Assembly: GCA_965209165.1 (NCBI GenBank)
Contig: CBDBQI010000004.1
Coordinates: forward strand, 130,511 to 194,510
Direction of reading: 5' to 3'
Source: Dehalococcoidia bacterium
Lineage (GTDB): Bacteria > Chloroflexota > Dehalococcoidia > Lucifugimonadales > CAJWER01
Length of the DNA: 64,000 nt
Every line of letters starts with the position of its first letter. The first letter of the stretch is position 1. The notes under the pieces are model-generated. The model searched no databases and was not told the origin of the DNA. It saw only the letters and a program-made list of their open reading frames with translations. Positions 20,801-28,990 of this stretch are shown piece by piece. A program made the position numbers and the translations under genes.

Positions 20801-21101
20801 TGGGCGACTCCGCGCACAGCTCCGACCCGCAGTCGGCCCACTTCAGGAAGTAGTTGAACGGCATCATCCGCGCCACCGCAGGGCTGACCGCGTAGAACCG
20901 CGACGCCGCCTCCCACGACCGCACCGACTGCTCCGCCATCGCGGCGCCCCGCTCCGCCCACTCCACCACCTGGCCGTCCTGCAGCTCGGCCGACACAGCC
21001 TCGATGGCCGGCTGCACCTCCGCCGACATCCCCTCGCGGGCCGCCTCCAGCCGCTGCTCGATCAGCTCCAGCTCCCCCCGCGTCTTATCGTTCATGGCCA
21101 C
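17853..21101 (-). CDS. Large VWA-domain protein of CbbO/NorD family with extended N-terminal helical repeats
   Basis: YDEWDF, GEEIDID, MIDAS DTSAS, ATRMGPAIRHA, LISDGRPQD, YAVHDT; PTTEGSTVFLP and HLEFGSF as in CbbO/NorD. Confidence 0.87.
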   Translation of the reverse strand: MAMNDKTRGELELIEQRLEAAREGMSAEVQPAIEAVSAELQDGQVVEWAERGAAMAEQSVRSWEAASRFYAVSPAVARMMPFNYFLKWADCGSELCAESPTLAVAYFAASPGAMSRLRSRHIETWMNLGRGLYRGSWKSSTLSTKFYEASPALLGTLTVPELERFAAFLGALSQRSYDMAAECLAASQDIFPMLGEDKRTFIRLGTSLTETTWRQVKGLFESSARALPNIQADQRTRFIRLAQGLHDAGAVNVPASIASAGQALGQVETEHHEPIMGMAETLMKKAPEAVPNFIESCPRALEKVSITQLGQWFDEGTAILDHNEDGGLAYFRIESSRSHETLETLSSSVEFTRVRDVMEMYCRALAGTEIKLSTSDDLAEKNIGWVSDEAPTTEGSTVFLPAQEGRYGSKRENFALYKVISTHQTAHLEFGSFRFIYDLPSTLFEDLRPQVDPAAKTGENGSEEAGAWVTDMQRFFDIFEQRRLALDVFTIVEDGRLDAIVVAEYPGISASYLAVQEGALESRPDIKSLPAREALVELLVRVSLRQQDGLAIPKQYREEAHQVVALARRVAVPTATVEDAAEATLRIYAILSQIANEEAAPDDWEDMELPDAEGAESGLDESQLVDQLTQDAESQEGEEEEYNPSQDVDYRGEFKPELAQMMTELRMQRQGESDDMEGEQITQEMLEEMLKSSAEVDLEAGEGGMEEATGAFADNMLKEAGLQLPQTPEMGQGPLMHVDEQGGSLDPDEPQSFVYDEWDFRADDYKPNWCIVRQKKMAEGDAAYFGSTLHSYGPLADQIRRQFEMLVPEMFRKVRKLEDGEEIDIDDVIEAIVDIRTGAGPSEKLYWKRNKVMRDVAVVFLLDTSASTAEAIEDSKNVTDDWDAPSDPVEYMVWLRTRRGDGMRRSYKRIIDLEKEAIVLLIHALEAIGDVYGIYSFSGYGRENVEFYTIKDIDENFSDRVQRRIDRVAPLHATRMGPAIRHATMKLEAQDARTKLLFLISDGRPQDRGYSREGVEKEYAVHDTRMALDEARDKDISAFCLTVDKNGHDYLKTMCADMGYEVLDDIHALPNRLLYLYRRLTI

Positions 21102-21159
21102 CCTTGATTACCCGTTGGGACGAAGACAGGGCCGCACGCCCCCACACCGCGCAGCGCGA

Positions 21160-21540
21160 CTCTGTAGGGGCGGGTTTGAAACCCGCCCTTCCCCGGTCGC
21201 TGCCGGCCATGCTGTCCCCTCATGCCGGCTCCGCCACTCTGTAGGGGCGTGTTTGAAACCCGCCCTTCCCCGGTCGCTGCCGACCATGCTGTCCCCTCAT
21301 GCCGGCTCCGCCACTCTGTAGGGGCGTGTTTGAAACCCGCCCTTCCCCGGTCGCTGCCGACCATGCCGTCCCCTCATGCCAGCTCCGCCACTCTGTAGGG
21401 GCGTGTTTGAAACCCGCCCTTCCCCGGTCGCTGCCGACCATGCTGTCTCCTCATGCGCGCTCCACCGCTCTGTAGGGGCGGGTTTGAAACCCGCCCTTCC
21501 CCGGTCTCTGCCGACCATGCTGCCCCCTCATGCCGGCTCC
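21160..21540. repeat. Five tandem 77-bp units, each with a GTAG-type REP (GTAGGGGCG(G/T)GTTTGAAACCCGCCC)
   Basis: GTAG starts at 21164, 21241, 21318, 21395, 21472; whole units nearly identical. Confidence 0.95.
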
Positions 21541-22160
21541 CCCGCCGCCGCCAGCAGCTCCCCGCCCTCATCCGCTCGCAGCAGCTCCAGCAGCCCCGTC
21601 ACGATGCGCGCCGTCGCGCCCCAGATCAGGTGGTCGCCGTAGGCGTAGTTCGGCCTGCTCACCGGCACCCCGTCCTCGAAGCGCGTCTCGTCCCGTATGG
21701 TCGAGCCGTCCACCAGCGCGGCCACCGGCACCTCCACCAGCTCGGCCACCTCGACGGCGTTGACCGCGAACGGGTAGCCCTCGGGTATGGCGCCCAGGAA
21801 GGGAGTCACCAGGTAGCCGGTGCTCGTGTTCACGTCATCCAGCCGGCGAAGCACCCGCACGTCCTCGGGCCTCACCCCCACCTCCTCGTGGGCCTCCCGG
21901 AGCGCCGTGTCGAGCAGCGATTCGTCCCCGGCGTCCATCCGGCCCCCGGGAAAAGAGACCTCGCCCTTGTGGTCCTCGACCGTGTCGCTTCGCTTGTTCA
22001 GCAGCAGGTGGGGCTCCCCTTCCTTCGGGTACACGAGCACGAGGACACCCGCCCTGGTCAGGGACGGGTGCTCTTCGCTCTGCGTATCGCTGGGGTTGAT
22101 GTGCCGGTTACTCGAATATGGACGAGATGACCTCGCCGATGCTGCTGTGTATCGAAGCAT
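21528..22160 (-). CDS. Nudix hydrolase, CoA pyrophosphatase (NudL/YeaB-like) subfamily; start uncertain
   Basis: LLLNKRS...[10 protein letters not shown] motif, Nudix box [16 protein letters not shown]. Confidence 0.88.
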   Translation of the reverse strand: MLRYTAASARSSRPYSSNRHINPSDTQSEEHPSLTRAGVLVLVYPKEGEPHLLLNKRSDTVEDHKGEVSFPGGRMDAGDESLLDTALREAHEEVGVRPEDVRVLRRLDDVNTSTGYLVTPFLGAIPEGYPFAVNAVEVAELVEVPVAALVDGSTIRDETRFEDGVPVSRPNYAYGDHLIWGATARIVTGLLELLRADEGGELLAAAGEPA

Positions 22161-23016
22161 CGTCCGTGACGGCCCAGTTGACCGCCACCTGGCAGGCCCT
22201 TCTCGGCTGTATGCCCTGCGCTATCAGCTTGCCCGCGTAGATGAGCAGCCGTGTGCTCGCTCCCTCGGCCAGGCCGTGCTCGCGGAGGTTCCGCACCTTC
22301 TCGCCCAGCTTGGCAAGCTGCGCCGCCGTCTTCGCGTCCACCCCCGACTCGTGCGCCACGATCTGCGCCTCTATGTCCGCCGGCGGGGGATGGAACTCGA
22401 TGGCCACGAACCGCTGCCGCGTGCTGTGCTTCAGGTCCTTCAGCGCGCTCTGGTAGCCGGGGTTGTACGACATCACCAGCAGGAACCCCTCGGCCGCCTC
22501 CAGAAGCTCACCCCGCTTCTCCACCGGCAGGATGCGCCGGTGGTCGGTGAGCGGGTGGATCAGGACGGTCGTGTCCTTCCGCGCCTCCACGATCTCGTCC
22601 AGGTAGCAGATGCCCCCCGCCTTCACCGCGCGGGTCAGCGGGCCGTCGATCCAGACCGTCTCTTCTCCCTGCAGCAGGTACCTGCCCACCAGGTCGCTGG
22701 CAGTCAGGTCCTCGTGGCATGCGATGGTCACGAGGGGAAGGTTGCGGTTGCCGTTCTCGCTGTCGTCGGCCGGGGGATCGCCATCCATGCGCTGGCTGAC
22801 CTTGGTCAGCGGCTGGCCCAGCCGGTACGACATGTACTCCACGAACCGCGTCTTGCCGCACCCCGTCGGCCCCTTGAACAGGATCGGGATGCGCTGGCGG
22901 TACGCCGCCTCGAAGAGCTCGATCTCATCGGCTACAGGTACGTAGTAGGGCTCTTCGGTAAGGTGGTACTCCTCGATTATGTAGCTGCGGAATAGGGTCT
23001 GGGTCCTGGTTGTCAT
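22108..23016 (-). CDS. CbbQ/NirQ/NorQ family MoxR-type AAA+ ATPase
   Basis: [61 protein letters not shown]. Confidence 0.93.
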   Translation of the reverse strand: MTTRTQTLFRSYIIEEYHLTEEPYYVPVADEIELFEAAYRQRIPILFKGPTGCGKTRFVEYMSYRLGQPLTKVSQRMDGDPPADDSENGNRNLPLVTIACHEDLTASDLVGRYLLQGEETVWIDGPLTRAVKAGGICYLDEIVEARKDTTVLIHPLTDHRRILPVEKRGELLEAAEGFLLVMSYNPGYQSALKDLKHSTRQRFVAIEFHPPPADIEAQIVAHESGVDAKTAAQLAKLGEKVRNLREHGLAEGASTRLLIYAGKLIAQGIQPRRACQVAVNWAVTDDASIHSSIGEVISSIFE

Positions 23017-23035
23017 AAGCAACAGGCTGCGGATT

Positions 23036-23653
23036 CTAGCGCGAGTCCCCTGGGTCCATTCCTGCGTTGAAGCGGTCCCAGGCTGCCGTGACGCTCGCCC
23101 TCAGGTCGTCGAGACTGCGAGAGTTGTCGATCGCCGCGTCGGCCCGGCTCAGGCGGTCCTCGTTCGACATCTGGGCCCGCATCCTGGACCTGATCGACTC
23201 TTCATCGATGCCCCTTGACCCGACTGCCCTGCTGACCGCCGTCTCCTCCGGGGCCGCGACCACCCACACCTCGTCGAACATGTCCTCCCACCCGGCCTCG
23301 AATAAGACGGGAACCTCGACCACCGCGGCCGATACGCCGGACTGCCTAGCGGCATCCAGCCGCTCTAAGACCAGACGCCGGATCCGCGGGTGGACAATGC
23401 TGTTCAGCGTCATTAGGCGTACCGAGTCGCCGAATACGATGCCCGCCAGCTTGCCCCTGTCGATCTCGCCCGAGGGGCCCGCTATCTCGCTGCCGAAGGC
23501 CTCCACCACCTCGCGCCACCCGTCCGAACCCGGCCTGTAGACCTCGTGGGCAACCCCATCGGCGTCTATCACGAATGCACCCAAGTCTCGCAGGATGTCA
23601 GATACTGCGCTCTTTCCGCTGCCAATACCCCCTGTAAGTCCGATTGTCCTCAT
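23036..23653 (-). CDS. coaE: Dephospho-CoA kinase
   Basis: [36 protein letters not shown]. Confidence 0.95.
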   Translation of the reverse strand: MRTIGLTGGIGSGKSAVSDILRDLGAFVIDADGVAHEVYRPGSDGWREVVEAFGSEIAGPSGEIDRGKLAGIVFGDSVRLMTLNSIVHPRIRRLVLERLDAARQSGVSAAVVEVPVLFEAGWEDMFDEVWVVAAPEETAVSRAVGSRGIDEESIRSRMRAQMSNEDRLSRADAAIDNSRSLDDLRASVTAAWDRFNAGMDPGDSR

Positions 23654-23734
23654 AGCACTGCGGTTCAGTGAAGGACATCACATAATACCAACGCCCCCCA
23701 AACACGGTCAACAACGAGCCGCTGGTCCACGTAA

Positions 23735-24075
23735 CCGTCGTTCCGGCCCCCGAGCCGGAACCCAGGGGTGGCGAGGAGGGGGAACTCGGGGCGAGGACCG
23801 GGCGAGTCGCAGCTCCGTCGTTCTGGCCCCCGAGCCGGAACCCAGGGGTGGCGAGGAGGGGGAACTCGGGGCGAGGACCGGGCGAGTCGCAGCACCGTCG
23901 TTCCGGCCCCCGAGCCGGAACCCAGGGGTGGCGAGGAGGGGGAACTCGGGGCGAGGACCGGGCGAGTCGCAGCTCCGTCGTTCTGGCCCCCGAGCCGGAA
24001 CCCAGGGGTGGCGAGGAGGGGAACTCGGGGCGAGGGCCGGGCGAGTCGCAGCTCCGTCGTTCCGGCCCCGAGCCG
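23735..24075. repeat. Tandem array of ~4.3 units of 80 bp with a CGTC-type palindrome (CGTCGTTCYGGCCCCCGAGCCGGAAC)
   Basis: CGTCG starts at 23736, 23816, 23896, 23976, 24055. Confidence 0.95.
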
Positions 24076-24124
24076 CCAGGCCAAGGTCGGCTAATTCAAA
24101 GCATGTAGGTAGACCCGACTCTGG

Positions 24125-24150
24125 GTAGGGGCGACTCGCTGAGTCGCCCT
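24125..24150. repeat. Solitary GTAG-type REP hairpin
   Basis: GTAGGGGCGACTCGCTGAGTCGCCCT. Confidence 0.7.
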
Positions 24151-24385
24151 TACGTCGTTGGGCCGCGAGCGAATTGGAGTAGGCAAATCCACTTCATCAA
24201 TACTGAACAGTTACTGGCAGTGGTGACCGCACAGGCTGGAGGACTGCCTGGCTAGGCCTGTTCTGCTAGAGTCGTTTACACGGGTGGGGACTCCCGGCCG
24301 TGAAGACAACGAGAGCGCAAGTCCCGCAGCTATCGAATGCGTGGTGCATGGGTGCTGAGCGTTTGCCCTGGGGAGGTGACCAGTC

Positions 24386-24814
24386 ATGCCGAACGAGTTC
24401 TGCATCTTCTGCGAGATTGTGGCCGGGCGGGCTGAAGCGAGCGTTGTGTACGAGAACGAGCATGTAATCGCTTTCCTAGATCTGTTCTCCATAAACGAGG
24501 GGCACACACTGGTCGTTCCGAGGGTTCACGCCACCAACCTCAGCGACATGGACGTGGACGTGGGAATGCGTGTCTTCGCAGCGGCTCACAAGCTGACCCA
24601 GGCAGTACGAGATTCGGGGATCAGGTGTGAGGGAGTGAACCTGCTTCTCGCAGACGGCGCGGCGGCGGGGCAAGAGGTATTCCACGTTCACCTGCACGTT
24701 CTGCCCAGGTATGAAGGGGATCAGTTCGGGTTCAGGCTCCCCAAGAAGGGCCGGCCGACCCGGGCGGAGCTGGATGGCACCGCGGCAAGGATTAGGGGCG
24801 CGGTCGGCCCATGA
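24386..24814 (+). CDS. HIT family hydrolase
   Basis: CIFCEIV, GHTLVVP, AGQEVFHVHLHVLPR (histidine triad); RBS GGAGGT. Confidence 0.93.
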   Translation: MPNEFCIFCEIVAGRAEASVVYENEHVIAFLDLFSINEGHTLVVPRVHATNLSDMDVDVGMRVFAAAHKLTQAVRDSGIRCEGVNLLLADGAAAGQEVFHVHLHVLPRYEGDQFGFRLPKKGRPTRAELDGTAARIRGAVGP

Positions 24815-24990
24815 AGATCAAGTACTTCAGCAACACCGACACCCTATACATAGAGCTCTGCCCTGCCGAGGTCGAGGAGACGCGCGAGCTGGACGAAAAT
24901 ACCCTCCTCGACCTGGACGGCGAGGGCAGGCTTTGCGCCATGACCATAGAGCACGCCAGCGAGCGCATGGCGATTCCCGACTTCTCCTAA
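24811..24990 (+). CDS. DUF2283-type small protein (59 aa, not in ORF track), possibly truncated by a few residues
   Basis: MKIKYFSNTDTLYIEL...DENTLLDLDGEGRLCAMTIEHAS; ATGA overlap with HIT; TAA is followed by in-frame EQVPA*. Confidence 0.75.
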   Translation: MKIKYFSNTDTLYIELCPAEVEETRELDENTLLDLDGEGRLCAMTIEHASERMAIPDFS

Positions 24991-25011
24991 GAGCAGGTCC
25001 CTGCCTGAGCA

Positions 25012-25348
25012 ATGCCTGGTCAGACAGAAACCGGCGAGGACCGGCTGCCCGCCCATTCATCCGGGAGAGATACTCGACGAGGAGTTCCTCCAGCCTATGA
25101 ACATCACCCAGTACCGGCTGGCCAAGGCCATCGGCGTGGACGCGCGCAGGATCCACGCCATCGTTCATGGGCAGCGGTCGATCACGGCGGAGACCGCCCT
25201 GCTCTTCTCGCGATTCTTCGGAAACTCAGCCGCGTTCTGGATGGGACTGCAGAGCCAGTACGACCTGGAGCTCGCCGAGGACCGCCTTGCCGGTAGGCTC
25301 AGCTTGGTCTCAGCCCACTCCGCCGGCTCATCGCAAGCACAGGACTGA
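25012..25348 (+). pseudogene. higA: HigA/VapI-family antitoxin with a one-base frameshift near the N-terminus; no higB nearby
   Basis: PIHPGEILDEEFL..ITQYRLAKAIGV..RSITAETAL..FWMGLQSQYDL; removing one C at ~25048-25050 joins ATG 25012 to this frame. Confidence 0.8.
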
Positions 25349-25360
25349 GCCACCCACCAC

Positions 25361-25390
25361 TGTCATTCCGGCCCACGAGCCGGAATCCAG
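25361..25390. repeat. CGTC-like REP palindrome
   Basis: tgtcattccggcccacgagccggaatccag. Confidence 0.7.
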
Positions 25391-25679
25391 TCCCCGGACC
25401 AATCCGTCGTTCCTGCCTGCGAGCAGGTACCGTCCCCCACCCAGGGGCCCGGGGCGGGCAGCCAAGTTCACCGGGCCATCTTCGGCTAATCCAAAATCGG
25501 ATCTTGAATTAGCCGCGTCCCTTGGCCCAGCACCCGCGAACGGATGCCTTAGAATAGACCCGCAATGACCGGCACCCACGCGCCCGACCACCTCGACTAC
25601 AACGACCCCGCACCCTTAGAAGCCGCATCCGAGATGCCCGCGGGTGGACAATACGGCTCAGTCATTCTACCTGCGCCGT

Positions 25680-25933
25680 GTCGGCGAATACGATGGCTGC
25701 CAGCTTGCCCCGGTCTATCTCGCTGCCCAAGCCCTCACCGCCTCGCGCCACCCGTCCGATCCCGGCACGTAGACCTCGTGGCCAACGTCGGCGGCGACTA
25801 TCGCGAATGCGCCCAAGTCTCGCAGGATGTCAACTACCGCGCTCTTTCCGCTGCCAATACCCCCTGTAAGTCCGATTGTCCTCGTAGCACTGTGGTTCAG
25901 CAAAGGAAATCACATAAAACCAACGTCCCCCAA
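25680..25933 (-). pseudogene. Degenerate duplicate of the coaE 5' end plus its upstream region (homologous to ~23425-23702)
   Basis: Exact run gcgctctttccgctgccaataccccctgtaagtccgattgtcctc shared; start ATG mutated to ACG; internal deletion and frameshift. Confidence 0.9.
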
Positions 25934-26023
25934 CAAGAGCCTCCAAGGCCGGGCGCTGTAGGATCCCTCTTGAGCCTCAATAGCCCGTAGGCATGCTTGC
26001 AAGCTGGAGTCAGTATGGGGCAT

Positions 26024-27046
26024 CTAGTCATCTTCTGATGTATCCTGGAAGGGTAGTTGGCGGCCCTCCGTTAGCCTTGGAGGCACATCTGCAACCCGAA
26101 TGTGCTCCATGAGTTCTCCGCGCTCCTCTTCAGATCCAAGGGATAGAACCATTTCGGCAGCCCGCACGATCACAGCTTGGCTTGCTTCCGTCAGCGAGCC
26201 AACGATGCTCCCGACTGTAGCATTGACTTGTCCTTGCAGTGACTGTCGGTCACGCCATAGGCCGTAGACCCGGCGGCTTACGTCGTCCAGCAGATCATCA
26301 AACCGCAGCGTTACATCGCCTATTGGCGACCGTCCGACATGGCTCAAGAGCTGTGCTCTCAGCTTCTCCCGAAGGGCGTCAAGGTCTTCGTCCCTGCTCT
26401 CCGGAATCCAAGGGACAATGTATAAGGGTCGCGGGTCCTCATCAACTCTTGCTCCGAGTACGAGCCGCTCTGGTGCGATATGTCGCGGAAGCGTCCCGCC
26501 TCCTCGGGCTTCGTGAGCGGCTACAAGATAGACTCCATCTTGTCGAATGGCCACACCGATCACCCCGACGTGGCAGACCTGAGTGTTGCTCGCCTCCACT
26601 TGTCCCTTGAGGGCGATGAGTGTCGCCTCCATTGCACTCATGTCGCCTTCTGGCACCAAGTAGGCGACTTCCGCGGACCCTTCCGGGATCGGTAGCCCTC
26701 GCTGCATGATTTCGCTGCCGGCCAGAATGAGACCCCGCGCCTGACGTGTTTGGCCCGATTCGATCCCAAATGACGATGACTTGCACTCAATGACGACGTA
26801 ATGCGACCTCCTGCCGTTCTCCAGCAGGGCATCGGCCACTGGCGCAATGCTCACTGGCGGAATTTGCGCCTGTAGGCTCTCTCTTTGGCCGATACCTACC
26901 GGCAGAGGTTGCTCAATCGAAAAGAGGGAGTACCCTAGGTTGCGAAGGATTGGCTTCGCCGGCGCACTGGAGGGTTGTGGGAGGGTTGCCCAAGTCAGGA
27001 CATTCAATTGAAAAAGGCTGCTGCCCTCAAGAGCGGGGCTATCCAT
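26024..27046 (-). CDS. Hypothetical protein with N-terminal PD-(D/E)XK nuclease-like motif
   Basis: PVADALL...VVIECKSSSFG...QARG pattern; overlaps upstream gene by 8 nt. Confidence 0.65.
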   Translation of the reverse strand: MDSPALEGSSLFQLNVLTWATLPQPSSAPAKPILRNLGYSLFSIEQPLPVGIGQRESLQAQIPPVSIAPVADALLENGRRSHYVVIECKSSSFGIESGQTRQARGLILAGSEIMQRGLPIPEGSAEVAYLVPEGDMSAMEATLIALKGQVEASNTQVCHVGVIGVAIRQDGVYLVAAHEARGGGTLPRHIAPERLVLGARVDEDPRPLYIVPWIPESRDEDLDALREKLRAQLLSHVGRSPIGDVTLRFDDLLDDVSRRVYGLWRDRQSLQGQVNATVGSIVGSLTEASQAVIVRAAEMVLSLGSEEERGELMEHIRVADVPPRLTEGRQLPFQDTSEDD

Positions 27047-28286
27047 GAATCCGGGATGCTCCGTTCACAGCCTTGCGGAGAAAGTCCTCGTATCGGTGCT
27101 CCCCGACAAACGCCGAGACCTTGGGTTGGACGAAACGCTGAACGTTTGTAACTAGGCGGTGGATCGTATTCCCACAGGTTCCCGATGGCAACAATGCATA
27201 GACATGGTTGCGTGTAATCTCAAGGTCCACTGGTTGCCACAGGTGATTGTCGACGGCGTAAAGGTGTACTTTCCCTGGTCCTCTCATGAGTGGAGTACCC
27301 CACAGCCGAAAGCGGTTCGTCTTCCGGCGCAGGGTGTCGATCCACCGTTCAAACGCCCCGGAATCAAGGGGCTCGCTGAACTGGATCAGCAACGGAGCTC
27401 CGATACGCAGCCCGGTTTGCCCAGTAGCCACCACCGGCCACGCGGCATCCTCCAATTGGTGTGTTGACGAGTCATAGTGCTCCATAACGTCGTGCACCGT
27501 CTGCCGGAATGCGGTCGTTGAATGGCTGCGATTCGTGAAGCGGCCGTCAAAGTAGACGTCGTGCCCGCCCCGGTCTGGCGCTGGGATGCGCAATTGCACG
27601 ATGGAGGCCAGAGGATCGTAGCGCTCTTCCCAGGGGAGAACGGCGTCCTGCATCTTGCCGATGCGCTCGGTGATCTGCACGCGAGCACGGCGGCGTTCAA
27701 CCTGGTGAGGCCGCTCATCTTCAAGAGAGTCATCCTCAATGTCGTAGTCTTCTTCGTTCTGTTCAAGAGGATCTTCTTCGAATCGCTGATAGACGCTCTC
27801 GTGCTCGAAGACGATACGGGAAAAGCGATGGCGCGGGAATGTTCTCTCCACAAGCCCCCAGAGTTGCTGGAACATCGATGGCGATAGCCAAGCCCTGTCC
27901 AAGAGCGGGGAATTTATGACAAGCTGATCGATTCTTCGGTTCGCTATGTCGGACTTGACTCCAGTGTATATGACTGGGTAGCGGTCATTCTTGAGTTCAA
28001 GCAGCGCCCAGTCCTGGGTCTCGTCTGGCCATCGCATGCGAAATAGCGTCTCATCCACCGGCTCGAGTCCTACCCTCGAGCCCCCGCCCAACGCCGCCTT
28101 TGCGTCTCTGCCATTGTTGGTTCGCGAGGTTTCGAGGAGGAAGGCCTTCGTAACTGCCCGCGGCGTCCTACGCGCCCGGGGGCCATCACCCGCCCCAACT
28201 GGCCACCCGTCAAGATAGTCGAAGTACTCTCGACGACCCCGTAGCCGCGGCAGAAGATTCTGGGTTGGCGAATCAGGCATTGACAT
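27039..28286 (-). CDS. Hypothetical protein (415 aa) of unknown function
   Basis: Long ORF with globular composition, central acidic tract, C-terminal FRLWG...AVDNHLWQPVDLEI...GTCGNTIHRLVTNVQR. Confidence 0.75.
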   Translation of the reverse strand: MSMPDSPTQNLLPRLRGRREYFDYLDGWPVGAGDGPRARRTPRAVTKAFLLETSRTNNGRDAKAALGGGSRVGLEPVDETLFRMRWPDETQDWALLELKNDRYPVIYTGVKSDIANRRIDQLVINSPLLDRAWLSPSMFQQLWGLVERTFPRHRFSRIVFEHESVYQRFEEDPLEQNEEDYDIEDDSLEDERPHQVERRRARVQITERIGKMQDAVLPWEERYDPLASIVQLRIPAPDRGGHDVYFDGRFTNRSHSTTAFRQTVHDVMEHYDSSTHQLEDAAWPVVATGQTGLRIGAPLLIQFSEPLDSGAFERWIDTLRRKTNRFRLWGTPLMRGPGKVHLYAVDNHLWQPVDLEITRNHVYALLPSGTCGNTIHRLVTNVQRFVQPKVSAFVGEHRYEDFLRKAVNGASRIHG

Positions 28287-28336
28287 TGTGGGACCCTAGG
28301 AAGATTGAATCATGAGGCAAACAGCACCGACGCTCC

Positions 28337-28354
28337 ATTATAGAACAAACGTGC
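28337..28354 (-). promoter_or_regulatory. -10 TATAAT directly preceded by LexA (Cheo)-like box GCAC-GTTT-GTTC
   Basis: Minus strand GCACGTTTGTTCTATAAT; 7/8 match to GAAC-N4-GTTC; ~50 nt upstream of ATG 28286. Confidence 0.6.
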
Positions 28355-28990
28355 ACAGAAGGCGCAACAAGTCAGCATGGAAGCCGGGGCTCCCACTGCG
28401 TCTGGGCACCGCGAGATGGCGTGCAAGGGGAAGGGTTCGCATTAGTGGGGAACGAGCCTGCTAGGGACGACAAGCGGATGGGTCTGTTGGGTCGTCCTTG
28501 TAGCATCCGCATAGGGCCAGCATCATAGCAACCGTGTACTGCCTATGTAAACCTGAACTGCGACAGTCTTGCTGCAGTCCAGAGGGCTGCGGAAGGGGAT
28601 CTGAGACGGCGGGCTGATTCGATGCGGCTCTCGGCGATACGCTTGCGGTGATGTGGGTTGGCACATCGTCGGCCCTGAGGTCTCGATGACCCGAGCGGTC
28701 GTGTCGCATACTCGCTCGGTCATCTAGCCGGCGCGACCTGCCCTGTAGACGACTCCGATCTGTGAGGCAACGGCGATAATGCCGCCGACGTTGATGACGA
28801 AGTTGCAGGCGGGACTGCTGCCCCAGGAACCGTCTCCCATCCATTCCGGTATGGTGGGCCACCACAATCCCGGTCCGCCGAGCTGTTCATCCACATGAGG
28901 GGATCAGGGAGCGGGGACAGACCACCCTCCCAATCCTGCCAATCCCCCAGAATCCTGATTCAGACACTCCCCCCTCTCTCCCTTCACCAA

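Noticed and set aside
21160-21540. Possible CRISPR array
   Set aside because: Inter-hairpin segments are near-identical rather than unique spacers, and no cas genes are present; it is a REP tandem repeat
23735-24075. Possible CRISPR array or repeat-protein ORFs (23595-24128 etc.)
   Set aside because: Whole 80-bp units repeat; the ORFs are open frames of GC-rich repeats with no protein-like signal
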